NCBI GenBank assembly: GCA_030141605.1
Contig: JAQGDQ010000689.1
Coordinates: 1 to 64,000 of the forward strand
From: Tubiluchus corallicola
Taxonomy: Eukaryota; Animalia; Priapulida
Length of the DNA: 64,000 nt
Direction of reading: 5' to 3'
Under the pieces are notes generated by a model. The model did not search any database, was not told the origin of the DNA, and worked only from the letters and a program-made list of their open reading frames with translations. This document shows, piece by piece, positions 26,787 through 41,400 of the stretch (position 1 is the stretch's first letter; every line of letters begins with the position of its first letter). The position numbers and the translations under genes are program-made.

Positions 26787-27186
26787 ATGGCTGGTAAGCA
26801 GACACGGGTTGTTTATATAGCTCCAAAAAGTAAATAAACTACAGTTGATTAAGGCCTACGATATTTAAAAGAATTACTTAACTGACACTGAAATTAATTA
26901 ACAATTTAGCGCAAATTATCATGAACTTTGCTTTCCAGTCTCACGTTCTCGTTGTGAGAGACGACGTTCCGGTAGACGTTCCCGTTCCCGTTCTCGCCGA
27001 CGTTCTCGTTATGGAAGACGTTCCCGTCGGCGCTCTCCTTCCCGTCGACGTTCTCGTTATGGAAGAGGTTCCCGTCGACGTTCTCGTTATGGAAGACGTT
27101 CTCGTTATGGAAGACGTACTCCCTTCCTTCCACCGCGTCCAGGGAGTTCAGGGGTGCCCGGGGCGCCAGGATGGCAGCCTTACTGA
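26787..27186 (+). CDS. Protamine-like protein, copy 3 (84 aa)
   Basis: join(26787..26793,26939..27186). Protein MAVSRSRCERRRSGRR...RRSRYGRRTPFLPPRPGSSGVPGAPGWQPY*. Confidence 0.8.
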
Positions 27187-27770
27187 AAATATTTGTTGAA
27201 TTGGAACTGCAGGTTATTTATTTTCACTTACAATGATGTATGAAATTGTACCGTAATTTGTTAGCATTTCCGGAGTTGCAGTCAAACACAACATTTTACT
27301 ATTGTACATGAAGATACTGGTTACAAATGCACTGAGAAGTCGCAAATTTGTTTTGAGGGAAAGTTTCTTGCTGGCGAGAATTGATTTACCTTTGATAAAA
27401 CAGTATATTGCTTGCTGTTTCCTATTTTTCGTCTCATCAATTATGATGCCATTATTCAAAATTTTAAATCGCACTTAGAGCACCTTACTAACACATGATT
27501 TTTTTCTTTTTCAGGAATATTTATGAAAATTCTCCCTAGCAAAATTGAAATGACAAATTTACAAGCAGAAGGGAAAAAGTTTCTGTCACAAAACGTTTTC
27601 AATCTTCATCATTACTGTAACGTCAGATGAGCTTAACTTCAGTGGAAAATCAACCTTTCATACTTGCACGAAATTGTTAAACTTTGTTAAAAAATGAATT
27701 TTTGCAACCAGTGTTCATTTACTTACTTACTTTCACTCACTCACTCACTCACTCACTCACTTATGTGTTT

Positions 27771-27872
27771 GCACCTGGTATTCCTAGTCGGTCACCCATC
27801 CAAGTACTAACCCGCCTCTACGTTGCTTAACTTCGGTGATCAGACGAGAACCGGTGTCTTCAACATGATTTG
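27771..27872 (-). pseudogene. 5S rRNA-derived copy (pseudogene or SINE3 head)
   Basis: The minus strand reads catgttgaagacaccggttctcgtctgatcaccgaagttaagcaacgtagaggcgggttagtacttggatgggtgaccgactaggaataccaggtgc, the 5S core with A and C boxes. The terminal stem is diverged, there is no oligo-T terminator, and (GTGA)n follows. Confidence 0.85.
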
Positions 27873-28423
27873 AACAACCGGTATCGCGTACTCGCGTACA
27901 AGTACCTGCTCGTCATATACAAGAATTGCAATCGCCGTAATTATCCGGTTGGCCATCTGCTACGTCCCAAGAAGTAAAAAGAGTAGGTCCACCTGTTGCA
28001 AACCACCTCCAGTCACCCTCCTCGTGTATGTCGGTTAAACCAATCCAAAAATGCTCACCAGCTTTATTAAAAACAAAATATAATTCATATTAAATTTCGT
28101 TATTTACCATTATATTTTCATACAATATAACAGCTATTTAACTGTTATACATTCCACAGCAATTATAACGTACTTTACCGCTCCCATGAAACACTAAAAT
28201 AACAAATATTATCAGTAATTTTTTTCGAAATTTTGACATAACAGCCTGCGGAAAAAACGTTCTAGCCGCACCTGGTGGGACTGTCGAAACGAGATATATA
28301 GCTCTTTAGAAAGAGAAAGAACAGGGCTACTCGATGATTGGGCTACATTTTAGGACATGTCCATCAAAAGGAGTGCCAACTAGTTAATTAGACTGTTCTA
28401 TTTTTGGCGATTGCAAAGCCATT

Positions 28424-28586
28424 GTTGTGACGTCATCCATTGTACTCTGTTTATAACCTTAAACTTTAATTCAGTAAAAGCTTCTGGCTTTGTTTTAGGT
28501 TAGTAAACAAACACTAGGTAGGATGTTCGCGTATTTTTGATTATGAGTGGATTTATACGCAAAGTTTTTGCGGGGCCTTTGCTAGT
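28424..28586 (+). mobile_element. Helitron-like 3' terminal fragment, right arm of the inverted repeat
   Basis: Ends ...cgcaaagtttttgcg gggcctttg CTAG|t. The element may extend left to about 28200. Confidence 0.6.
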
Positions 28587-28859
28587 CTATAATAATGCTA
28601 TTAGAGGATTCTTTAATTCTCTAGGCGCAAGCTAAATGTACGTTAGCCACGTGGACCAAGTTTTTCCCGCATACACAGGAAGGCTGTGTTTACTTTCAGA
28701 AGTAGGCTGTTTCTGACTCAGAATACTGTTATTAATAACTTGCTGTACAATACTGATACAATTTTTAGATACAATGTACCAAGTTTTTCCTGCATACGTA
28801 GCAAGGATGTATTTAGTCTCGGAAGTAGGCTGTTTGTGCAATACTGATAGAAAATAAAA

Positions 28860-29299
28860 ATTTTCAATAAAAAATTTGTTGGCTTGGTACTTTTGTTCAG
28901 CATGTCCATCTTGTTTACACATAATAATTATTTTTTCTACCTGTGCCCGCGTGCTAAATATAGCCTGTATCCCACGCGATACATTGGGATTCAATGGAAG
29001 CATAAAATGTGCTTCATTTTGCAACTGCTGATAGTTTTTTAAAGTATTTAAGACATTTAGCATGCACGCTATGCTGATCTGTACAAAGTCATCTCTAAAG
29101 TACTGTACCTTGTGCAGTTTTTTATGCTTTGTAGATTTTCTAGTTTGCCATTTTATCACCATTTTTAGTCTATTGTTATTGGCCCAAATCAAAACAACTA
29201 TTAACAGATGAAATAACTGTCAGTTTTAAAATTTTATTAATTTTAAGAGCAGAAAATATTCCCGCATCCCACAGGATACAACGGGTATGAAAGGGTTAA
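28860..29299. mobile_element. piggyBac-type MITE, copy 3, left end missing
   Basis: Homologous to copies 1 and 2, and ends gggtatgaaaggg|TTAA. The 186-aa minus-strand ORF over it is incidental. Confidence 0.8.
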
Positions 29300-31249
29300 C
29301 TCTGTAATATTTTAATTTTGTTGGTGGGTTTGTTTGTTTGGGTCAATTGAATTTTATTTGCACTTTGTAACAGATACTTTCTTGTATATAAGCTGACTAT
29401 GTGTGTGTAAACTGACTCCGTGTTTTTTATACTTCTGCCTTATTTTGATTGTTCTATGGACTGTAAACGTCTAAAATAAAATAAATAAATGCTGCATCAC
29501 ATATTTAGAGTAGCATTTTTAACATTGAGTGAAAGTTCGTCTCCTGGCCACCGTATTCTCGTCAACATGGGTTTGTTGGCCAGTTACAGACTCGCTCGAT
29601 CAGTACGTTTATCCTGAATTGTATTAACTTTACGAAATTGCTAATAAGCAGCATAACGCATTAATTATTCACAGCATATGCCATATTTATTCACTGTTTC
29701 TAAATTTAAACTCATTTGAACTTGTTGCCTCATTTTTTGTGAAGTTACTGATTATTCATTTGTAGTTACCTACTTCACATAGACATAGACTCATTTATTC
29801 TCTCCAATTAGCTTAACATCAAAAGTTTTTTAAATATTAAGTAATTATAATCATGGAGCAGGGCAGGGAAGGATCATAGTGTCATCTAGTCTCCTGCCCT
29901 TTCTTATAAATAGATTAGCGCAGATAACAAAAACGAAAATAAATAAGAAAAAAATAGTAATAACAGTATAAATGATACAAATAATCCAAAAAGAAAGATA
30001 GATACCAAAATCTAAACAAAACAATACAATTATTCAGTAATTAGGATTATCATATGTAGTAGGTTCAAATGGGGTCTTATTAACAGGGGAATTTGACCAA
30101 GGTTAGTGAGTAAAGTTAAAAACTGAGAGTATGGAAAGAAAAAAAGAAGTATCAAAAAGTGTAATATAGAAAAATTTATGAGAAAAAGTAAGTATGAGAA
30201 ACAGCAACAACTACTTAGAAGATGAGGAGAAAAAAGAAAATTGACAATTAATAAATACATTTTGCAGTTTCTATACCTTCATCTAACTATTGATTTGCAG
30301 ACGGTACCTCGCTGACAAGGTCTAAAACCCAGGTTGGTTCGGTACCAACAGATGCGGAGGTCATAAGTGTCTATAACTCTTCCAACATCCATCCACAAAA
30401 CAACAGATTGATGTGTGAGAAAAATGACACTTTTATTAGCAAATTGCATGAAGCAGATTCAAAAATCATGATGAACTACAGCTCACACAGCCGTGGATTA
30501 CAGTAACTGGACCAGTAAGAGCAGAGACGACCGCTTTTATACAGGCCAGATGCATAAATTGGCTTAGACACAAACTTACATTTTAGGTGAAATGGGTGTT
30601 CAGTAAAGTAATTTTCTGTAGGACCATATATGTGTGTCTCAATATATGCATATTTTACTAGTAATTGTAAATACGTTTTTTGTCCCTGTAATGTACGTTC
30701 TTTTATACGGTACCTTTCGTGCAGAAATAAAGATATAAATAAAAAACAATGAATTAAATAAAGATTTACGACATCATGAATTTTATTTGTAACACTGAAT
30801 AGACGACAAATTTTATTAATCAGTTAGATCTTAGCTTACTTATACTTGATCTTCCAGATCTGAAGATGATGATGATGATGATTATTATTCTCTCTTTGCA
30901 GGGAAAATTGTTTGTACAAATTTGTGCAGTTTCACATAGAGAGTGAATTATACAACATTGCCTGTCATGCATTCTGTAATTAGCTATTTTCATGATGCAT
31001 ATAACATTATTTACAGAAGCCAATTATATGCATATTATATTAACATTAAACTAAAAATCCACTGGGAATGAAGCAACACTCATTTTGAATTGGCATTGGC
31101 GTGGTATTCTGGGCAATTCTGACAGTTGTAACACTTTTCAGTGTGAAGTGCGACTTTTCAAAGGGTTTTCAATGGAGAATTGACAAAGGACACCTTGCAA
31201 TTAGATAGGTAAATTCAACAATTTGGACTGTCAAGCAAAAACAACCCTT

Positions 31250-31725
31250 TAGATTTAGATTAGATTAGATTTAATAGATTTATTTCGCAATAAACATATA
31301 CATATACATTACATGTGCATCGATAATCAGTTTTTGTTAATACAAAATTATGATACAATTCATGAATTCTGCACTAGAGACCCAAGAAGCTAGCTTATTG
31401 TAGGCCACTAGAATTAGTTACGAAATTACAATATGTACAAATATAAATACGGGTGGGAAGTAATAAAAATATTATTATACTAGAAGGGGAAATGAAAAAC
31501 AACAAATCATGATTGAGTGATCAGTTATATGTTTCAAGTAAGTTTAATTTATAATTTTTTTAAATATGGACAGCGAGTTGGCATTTTTAATAACTGGAGC
31601 AATTGAATTCCATATGTAAGGGCCATTGTATTTAAAAGAAAATTTTCTAACATTTGTGTTGTACTGTATGTAGTGATAGTTCAGCCCTTGCGTGCGCATC
31701 ATCTGAAAGTTTGTAATTAGATAAA
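31250..31725 (-). mobile_element. CR1/L2-type LINE 3' fragment
   Basis: NTNVRKFSFKYNGPYIWNSIAPVIKNANSLSIFKK matches the typical ORF2 tail, followed by a 3' UTR and an (AATCT)n-like tail. Confidence 0.75.
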
Positions 31726-32421
31726 CTAACGTTCTTTCGAAGGTCTGAAACATGTCAAAATATATGCGTATATGCATTATTTATGATATTAAACACGCAG
31801 TAATAAAGTAACACGGAGTATCTAGTAACACAAAAATGCAATTAAATTACACGCAATATCACTATTTTTACAAAGTTTCAAAGTGTCAATGTTACCCAGC
31901 TTTACCTTTCTACTTATTAAATAGATTTACGACATTATTAATTAATTTCCTTTTCATAAATTAACTCCAACACGAAAAACATACTTATGACATTTTGTGA
32001 TTGTTGTGGTCCTTGGCGATTGCAGTGAAGTGCAAAATAGAGGCTGAATAGAAAAGAAGATTTCTGGGATTGAGAGAGGGAAGTCGCGGGAACGTGGTGA
32101 AAGAAATTCTAAAACAATTTTTGAACTTGTACTTTGACTTTTTTTGGTTTAACACATTTATTAGACTAATTTGAAATAGTATAATAAACTAGAAAAATGA
32201 CCAAAATCATATTTCTTATGACTATCTTCAATTCTTTATCTATATTTCGTTATCTACCTGTTGTAAGTTGACAGATCGCGAGTAAAAAGAATTTTAGAAA
32301 TCTTCATGCTTTTGTTCACCGCTGTTCTACTGGTTGTTGAATAGCTAATTCTTCACTGGACAACGATCAGGTAGTCTGTACCCAACCTATCTTAAATGGG
32401 GCGTTTTATTTTCCTTGTCCA

Positions 32422-35400
32422 TTTTAGAAGAATAACTCGATACTCTTTACCATGGAATTAGTCTGCATCATCATCTCCAGAAACTGTGTCATGACAGATT
32501 ACGTCATTAATATGACGATAACAATTCATTTTGCCATGGCAACGACTGTTCTTCGTTCTTGCAGTGACGTAATAGATGTCAGTCTTTGTTCGGCCTCATT
32601 TCTTTCTTTGCTTTCGATGCGAGAAAGGTGTTATTATTATTTGCAAGTCTCTAGTGCGTTCTTTAGTGGGTTATCATGGGGTGTTTTGATTTCTTATGCA
32701 ACCGTGAGTGCCGTGAGGACCAACCGGCGCCTAGACGCTGGAGGATCCGGAACATATGGTCTAGGACCCGGGGGCAAGTCGCTCCTATGCCCTCAGTCCA
32801 TTCGTCTTCTGGGACCTCCACACATTGTAGTGGTGAGGGAGAGTCTTCCGGGACAACCGTGCGGGCGTTTCATCTTGGAAGCTCGAGTAGCATGGGTCTT
32901 CCTTTGGTTGAGTGCTGAATGTCATTCTTAAGTACTAACCTTACAGTACCATGCTCTCACATCTGGGCTCATCTGAGACACCGTAAGGGGGAAGGGGGGT
33001 TGAGCAGAAATCTGGGCTCTGGTCAGGACAGCCACTATTGGACTGACAGAGCCCCGTAAGGTGGTAGGCGTGGATTAGATCAAATCTGGGCTCTGATCAG
33101 GACAGCCACTATTGGACCGGCAGAGCCCCGCAAGGAGGTAGGCGTGGATTAGATCAAATCTGGGCTCTGATCAGGACAGCCACTATTGGACCGGCAGAGC
33201 CCCGCAAGGAGGTAGGCAGGGATTAGATCAAATCTGGGTTCTGGTCAGGACAGCCATCATTGGACTGGCAGAGCCCCATAAAGTGTTAGGCAGGAATTAG
33301 ATCAAATCTTGGCTCTGGTTCAGGACAGCCACTATTGGACTGGCAGAGCCCCGTAAGGCAGTAGGCGGGGATTAGATCAAATCGGGTCTTTGGTCAGGAC
33401 AGCCACTATTGGACAGGCAGAGCCCCATAAGGTGGTAGGCGGGTATTAGATCAAATCTAGGTTCTGGTCAGGACAGCCACCATTGGACTAGCAGAGCCCC
33501 GTAAGGTGGTAGGTGGGAATTAGATCAAATCTGGGTTCTGGTCAGGACAGCCACCATTGGACTAGCAGAGCCCCGTAAGGTGGTAGGTGGGAATTAGATC
33601 AAATCTGGGCTCTGGTAAGGACAGCCACTATTGGACTGGCAGAACCCCGTAAGGTGGTAGGCGGGGATTAGATCAAATCTGGGCTCTGGTCAGGACAGCC
33701 ACTATTGGACTGCCAGAGCCCCGTAAGGTGGTAGGCGGGGATTAGATCAAATCTGGGCTCTGGTTCAGGACAGCCACTATTGGACCGGCAGAGCCCCGTA
33801 AGGAGGTAGGCGGAGATTAGATCAAATCTGGGCTCTGGTCAGGACAGCCACTATTGGACTGGCAGAGCCCCATAAGGTGGTAGGCGGGGATTAGATCAAA
33901 TCTGAGCTCTGGTCAGGACAGTCATCTTAGAAGAATAACTCGATACTCGTTGCCATGGAATTAGTCTGTATCATTATCTCCTGAAAGCGCATCACGACAC
34001 ATTACGTCATTCATATGACGATAACAATTCGTTGCCATGGCAACGACAGTTCTTCATTCTTGCAGTGACGTAATAGATGTCAGTCTTTGTTCGGCCTCAT
34101 TTCTTTCATTGCTTTCGATGCGAGAAAGGCATTATTATTATTATTTGCAAGTCTCTAGTGCGTTCTTTAGTGGGTTATCATGGGGTACTTTGATTTCTTA
34201 TGCAACCGCAAGCGCGGTGAGGACCAACCGACGCCTAGACACTATAGGATCCGGACCATATGGTCTAGGACCCGGGGGCAAGTCGCTCCTATGCCCTCAG
34301 TCCATTCGTCTTCTGGGACCTCCACGCATTGTAGTGGCAAGGGAGTCTTCTGGGACAACTGTGGGGGCGGTTTGTCTTGGAAGCTCGAGTAGCATGGGTC
34401 TCCCTCTGGTTGAGTGCTGAATGTCATTCTTAAGTACTAACCTTACAGTACCATGTTCTCACATCTGGGCTCATCTGAGACCCCGTAAGGTGGTAGGTGG
34501 GATTGAGCGGAAATCTGGGCTCTGGTCAGGACAGCCACTATTGGACTGGCAGAGCCCTGTAAGGTGGTAGGCAGGGATCAGATCAAATCTGGGCTCTGGT
34601 CAGGAAAGCCACTATTGGACTGGGAGAGCCCGGTAAGGTGGTAGGCGTGGATTAGATCAAATCTGGGCTCTGGTCAGGACAGTCATAATTGGACTGGCAG
34701 AGCCCCGTAAGGTGGTAGGCAGGGATTAGATCAAATCTGGGCATTGGTCAGGACAGTCATTTTAGAAGAATAACTCGTTACCCGTTACCATGGAATTAGT
34801 CTGCATCATCATCTCCTGAAAGTGCGTCATGACACATTACGTCATTCATATGATGATAACAATTCGTTGCCATGGCAACGACTGTTCTTCGTTCTTGCAG
34901 TGACGTAATAGATGTCAGTCTTTGTTTGGCCTCATTTCTTTCTTTGCTTTCGATGCGAGAAAGGCATTATTATTATTATTTGCAAGTCTCTAGTGCGTTC
35001 TTTAGTGGGTTATCATGGGGTACTTTGATTTCTTATGCAACCGCAAGCGCGGTGAGGACCAACCGACGCCTAGACACTATAGGATCCGGACCATATGGTC
35101 TAGGACCCGGGGGCAAGTCGCTCCTATGCCCTCAGTCCATTCGTCTTTTTGGACCTCTACTCGTTGTAGTGGTGAGGGAGAGTCTTCCGGGACAACCGTG
35201 GGGGCGGTTCGCCTTGGAAGCTCGAGTAGCATGGGTCTCCCCTGGTTGAGTGCTGAATGTCATTCTTAAGTACTAACCTTACAGTACCATGCTCTCACAT
35301 CTGGGCTCATCTGAGACCTCGTAAGGTGGTAGGTGGGGGGTTGAGCGGAAATCTGGCCTCTGGTCAGGACAGCCACTATTGGACTGGCAGAGCACTGTAA

Positions 35401-38400
35401 GGTGGTAGGCAGGGATTAGATCAAATCTGGGTTCTGGTCAGGAAAGCTACTATTGGACTGGCAGAGCACGGTAAGGAGGTAGGCGGGGATTAGATCAAAT
35501 CTGGGCTCTGGTCAGGACAGCCACTGTTGGACTAGCAGAGGACCGTAAGGTGGTAGGCGGGGATTAGATCAAATCTGTGCTCTGGTCAGGACAGCCACTA
35601 TTGGACTGGCAGAACCCCGTAAGGTGGTAGGCAGGAATTAGATCAAATCTGGGCTCTGGTTCAGGACAGCCACTATTGGACTGGCAGAGCCCCGTAAGGC
35701 GGTAGGCGGGGATTAGATCAAATCTGGGCTCTGGTCAGTACAGTAATTTTAGAAGAATAACTCGTTACTCGTTACCATGGAATTAGTCTGCATCATCATC
35801 TCCTGAAAGTGCGTCATGACACATTATGTCATCCATGCCAGGGCAACGATTGTTCTTCGTTCTTGCAGTGACGTAACAGATGTTCAGTACAGTCACTGTT
35901 GGACTAGCAGAGCCCCGTAAGGTGGTAGGCGGGGATTAGATCAAATCTGTGCTCTGGTCAGGACAGCCACTATTGGACTGGCAGAGCCCCGTAAGGTGGT
36001 AGGCAGGAATTAGATCAAATCTGGGCTCTGGTTCAGGACAGCCACTATTGGACTGGCAGAGCCCCGTAAGGCGGTAGGCGGGGATTAGATCAAATCTGGG
36101 CTCCGTTCAGTACAGTAATTTTAGAAGAATAACTCGTTACCCGTTACCATGGAATTAGTCTGCATCATCATCTCCTGAAAGTGCGTCATGACACATTACG
36201 TCATTCATATGATGATAACAATTCGTTGCCATGGCAACGACTGTTCTTCGTTCTTGCAGTGACGTAATAAATGTCAGTCTTTGTTCGGCCTCATTTCTTT
36301 CTTTGCTTTCGATGCGAGAAAGGTGTTATTATTATTATTATTATTTGCAAGTCTCTAGTGCATTCTTTAGTGGGTTATCATGGGGTGTTTTGATTTCTTA
36401 TGCAACCGCGAGTGCCGTGAGGACCAACCAGTGCCTAGACGCTGGAGGATCCGGACCATATGGTCTAGGACCCGGGGGCAAGTCGCTCCGATGCCCTCAG
36501 TCCATTCGTCTTCTGGGACCTCCACACGTTGTAGTGGCAAAGGAGTCTTCCGGGACAACCATGGGGGCGGTTCATCTTGGAAGCTCGAGTAGCATGGGTC
36601 TCCCTCTGGTTGAGTGCTGAATGTCATTCTTAAGTACTAACCCTACAGTACCATGCTCTCACAACTGGGCTCATCTGAGACCCCGTAAGGTGGTAGATGG
36701 GGTTGAGCGGAAATCTGAGCTCTGGTCAGGACAACCAATATTGGACTGCCAGAGCCCCATAGGTGGTAGGCGGGGATTAGATCAAATCTGTGCTCTGGCC
36801 AGGACAGCCACTATTGGACTGGCAGAGCCCCGTAAGGTGGTAGGCGGGGATTAGGTCAAATCTGGGCTCTGGTCAGGACAGCCACTATTGGACTGCCAGA
36901 GCCCCGTAAGGTGGTAGGTGGGGATTAGATCAAATATGGGCACTGGTTAGGGAGAGCCACTATTGGACTGGCAGAGCCCCGTAAGGTGGTAGGCAGGAAT
37001 TAGATCAAATCTGGGCTCTGGTCAGGACAGCCACTGTTGGACTAGCAGAGCCCCGTAAGGTGGTAGGCGGGGATGGGTAAATCACAATGCTCTGAGGATC
37101 GGGATGACCACTATTGGACTGGCAGAGCCTAGTAAGGTGGTAGGCAGGAATTAGATCAAATCCTGGGCTCTGGTTCAGGACAGCCACTATTGGACTGGCA
37201 GAGCTACCGTAAGGCAGTAGGCGGGGATTAGATCAAATCTGGGCTCTGTAGTCGGTACAGTAATTTTAGAAGAATAACTCGTTACTCGTTACCATGGAAT
37301 TAGTCTGCATCATCATCTCCTGAAAGTGCGTCATGACACATTATGTCATCCATGCCAGGGCAACGATTGTTCTTCGTTCTTGCAGTGACGTAATAGATGT
37401 TCAGGACAGCCACTATTGGACTGGCAGAGCCCCGTAAGGTGGTAGGCAGGAATTAGATCAAATCTGGGCTCTGGTTCAGGACAGCCACTATTGGACTGGC
37501 AGAGCCCCGTAAGGCGGTAGGCGGGGATTAGATCAAATCTGGGCTCTGTTCAGTACAGTAATTTTAGAAGAATAACTCGTTACCCGTTACCATGGAATTA
37601 GTCTGCATCATCATCTCCTGAAAGTGCGTCATGACACATTACGTCATTCATATGATGATAACAATTCGTTGCCATGGCAACGACTGTTCTTCGTTCTTGC
37701 AGTGACGTAATAAATGTCAGTCTTTGTTCGGCCTCATTTCTTTCTTTCCTTTCGATGCGAGAAAGGTGTTATTATTATTATTATTTGCAAGTCTCTAGTG
37801 CATTCTTTAGTGGGTTATCATGGGGTGTTTTGATTTCTTATGCAACCGCGAGTGCCGTGAGGACCAACCAGTGCCTAGACGCTGGAGGATCCGGACCATA
37901 TGGTCTAGGACCCGGGGGCAAGTCGCTCCGATGCCCTCAGTCCATTCGTCTTCTGGGACCTCCACACGTTGTAGTGGCAAAGGAGTCTTCCGGGACAACC
38001 ATGGGGGCGGTTCATCTTGGAAGCTCGAGGAGCATGGGTCTCCCTCTGGTTGAGTGCTGAATGTCATTCTTAAGTACTAACCCTACAGTACCATGCTCTC
38101 ACAACTGGGCTCATCTGAGACCCCGTAAGGTGGTAGATGGGGTTGAGTGGAAATCTGAGCTCTGGTCAGGACAACCAATATTGGACTGCCAGAGCCCCAT
38201 AGGTGGTAGGCGGGGATTAGATCAAATCTGTGCTCTGGTCAGGACAGCCACTATTGGACTGGCAGAGCCCCGTAAGGTGGTAGGCGGGGATTAGGTCAAA
38301 TCTGGGCTCCGGTCAGGACAGCCACTATTGGACTGCCAGAGCCCCGTAAGGTGGTAGGTGGGGATTAGATCAAATATGGGCACTGGTTCGGGAGAGCCAC

Positions 38401-41400
38401 TATTGGACTGGCAGAGCCCCGTAAGGTGGTAGGCAGGAATTAGATCAAATCTGGGCTCTGGTCAGGACAGCCACTGTTGGACTAGCAGAGCCCCGTAAGG
38501 TGGTAGGCGGGGATTAGATCAAATCTGGGCTCTGGTCAGGACAGCCACTATTGGACTGGCAGAGCCCCGTAAGGCGGTAGGCAGGGATTAGATCAAATCT
38601 GGGCTCTGGTCAGTACAGTAATTTTGGAAGAATAACTCGTTACTCGTTACCATGGACTTAGTCTGCATCATCATCTCCTGAAAGTGCGTCATGACACATT
38701 ATGTCATCCATGCCAGGGCAACGATTGTTCTTCGTTCTTGCAGTGACGTAATAGATGTTCAGTACAGCCACTGTTGGACTAGCAGAGCCCCATAAGGTGG
38801 TAGGCGGGGATTAGATCAAATCTGTGCTCTGGTCAGGACAGCCACTATTGGACTGGCAGAGCCCCGTAAGGTGGTAGGCAGGAATTAGATCAAATCTGGG
38901 CTCTGGTTCAGGACAGCCACTATTGGACTGGCAGAGCCCCGTAAGGCGGTAGGCGGGGATTAGATCAAATCTGGGCTCTGGTCAGTACAGTAATTTTAGA
39001 AGAATAACTCGTTACTCGTTACCATGGAATTAGTCTGCATCATCATCTCCTGAAAGTGCATCATGACACATTATGTCATCCATGCCAGGGCAACGATTGT
39101 TCTTCGTTCTTGCAGTGACGTAACAGATGTTCAGTACAGCCACTGTTGGACTAGCAGAGCCCCGTAAGGTGGTAGGCAGGAATTAGATCAAATCTGGGCT
39201 CTGGTACAGGACAGCCACTATTGGACTGGCAGAGCCCCGTAAGGCGGTAGGCGGGGATTAGATCAAATCTGGGCTCTGGTCAGTACAGTAATTTTAGAAG
39301 AATAACTCGTTACTCGTTACCATGGAATTAGTCTGCATCATCATCTCCTGAAAGTGCGTCATGACACATTATGTCATCCATGCCAGGGCAACGATTGTTC
39401 TTCGTTCTTGCAGTGACGTAACAGATGTTCAGTACAGCCACTGTTGGACTAGCAGAGCCCCGTAAGGTGGTAGGCGGGGATTAGATCAAATCTGTGCTCT
39501 GGTCAGGACAGCCACTATTGGACTGGCAGAGCCCCGTAAGGTGGTAGGCAGGAATTAGATCAAATCTGGGCTCTGGTTCAGGACAGCCACTATTGGACTG
39601 GCAGAGCCCCGTAAGGCGGTAGGCGGGGATTAGATCAAATCTGGGCTCCGTTCAGTACAGTAATTTTAGAAGAATAACTCGTTACCCGTTACCATGGAAT
39701 TAGTCTGCATCATCATCTCCTGAAAGTGCGTCATGACACATTACGTCATTCATATGATGATAACAATTCGTTGCCATGGCAACGACTGTTCTTCGTTCTT
39801 GCAGTGACGTAATAAATGTCAGTCTTTGTTCGGCCTCATTTCTTTCTTTCCTTTCGATGCGAGAAAGGTGTTATTATTATTATTATTTGCAAGTCTCTAG
39901 TGCATTCTTTAGTGGGTTATCATGGGGTGTTTTGATTTCTTATGCAACCGCGAGTGCCGTGAGGACCAACCAGTGCCTAGACGCTGGAGGATCCGGACCA
40001 TATGGTCTAGGACCCGGGGGCAAGTCGCTCCGATGCCCTCAGTCCATTCGTCTTCTGGGACCTCCACACGTTGTAGTGGCAAAGGAGTCTTCCGGGACAA
40101 CCATGGGGGCGGTTCATCTTGGAAGCTCGAGTAGCATGGGTCTCCCTCTGGTTGAGTGCTGAATGTCATTCTTAAGTACTAACCCTACAGTACCATGCTC
40201 TCACAACTGGGCTCATCTGAGACCCCGTAAGGTGGTAGATGGGGTTGAGCGGAAATCTGAGCTCTGGTCAGGACAACCAATATTGGACTGCCAGAGCCCC
40301 ATAGGTGGTAGGCGGGGATTAGATCAAATCTGTGCTCTGGCCAGGACAGCCACTATTGGACTGGCAGAGCCCCGTAAGGTGGTAGGCGGGGATTAGGTCA
40401 AATCTGGGCTCTGGTCAGGACAGCCACTATTGGACTGCCAGAGCCCCGTAAGGTGGTAGGTGGGGATTAGATCAAATATGGGCACTGGTTAGGGAGAGCC
40501 ACTATTGGACTGGCAGAGCCCCGTAAGGTGGTAGGCAGGAATTAGATCAAATCTGGGCTCTGGTCAGGACAGCCACTGTTGGACTAGCAGAGCCCCGTAA
40601 GGTGGTAGGCGGGGATTAGATCAAATCTGTACTCTGGTCAGGACAGCCACTATTGGACTGGCAGAGCCCCGTAAGGTGGTAGGTGGGGATTAGATCAAAT
40701 ATGGGCACTGGTTCGGGAGAGCCACTATTGGACTGGCAGAGCCCCGTAAGGTGGTAGGCAGGAATTAGATCAAATCTGGGCTCTGGTTCAGGACAGCCAC
40801 TATTGGACTGGCAGAGCCCCGTAAGGCGGTAGGCGGGGATTAGATCAAATCTGGGCTCTGGTCAGTACAGTAATTTTAAGAAGAATAGCTCGTTACTCAC
40901 GTTACCATGGAATTAGTCTGCATCATCATCTCTGAAAGCAAATGCATGACACATTATGTCGCTCATCCATGCCAGGGCAACGATTGTTCTTCGTTCTTGC
41001 GGTGACGTAATAGATGTTCAGTACAGCCACTGTTGGACTAGCAGAGCCCGTAAGGTGGTAGGCAGGGATTAGATCAAATCTGTGCTCTGGTCAGGACCAC
41101 TATTGGACTGGCAGAATTCATGGGTGGTAGGCAGGAATTGGGTAAATCTGGGCTCTGGTTCAGGACAGCCACTGTGGACTGGCAGAGCCCCGTAAGGCGG
41201 TAGGCGGGGATTAGATCAAATCTGGGCTCCGTTCAGTACAGTAATTTTAGAAGAATAACTCGTTACCCGTTACCATGGAATTAGTCTGCATCATCATCTC
41301 CTGAAAGTGCGTCATGACACATTACGTCATTCATATGATGATAACAATTCGTTGCCATGGCAACGACTGTTCTTCGTTCTTGCAGTGACGTAATAAATGT

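Noticed and set aside
30330-30600. LTR-like TATA/AATAAA arrangement on the minus strand, with a similar one at about 56700-56975 on the plus strand
   Set aside because: Termini and TSDs could not be defined.
32452-32931. MATTVLRSCSD... ORFs in unit A
   Set aside because: The ATG lies inside the X-box palindrome, the frame crosses a (TAT)n microsatellite, and the ends differ between copies. They are less credible than the MGC ORF.
33040-33920. 74-bp repeats as micro-exon/intron units (gtaagg...ggtcag)
   Set aside because: This would give 29-nt frame-shifting exons and 45-nt introns without a pyrimidine tract.
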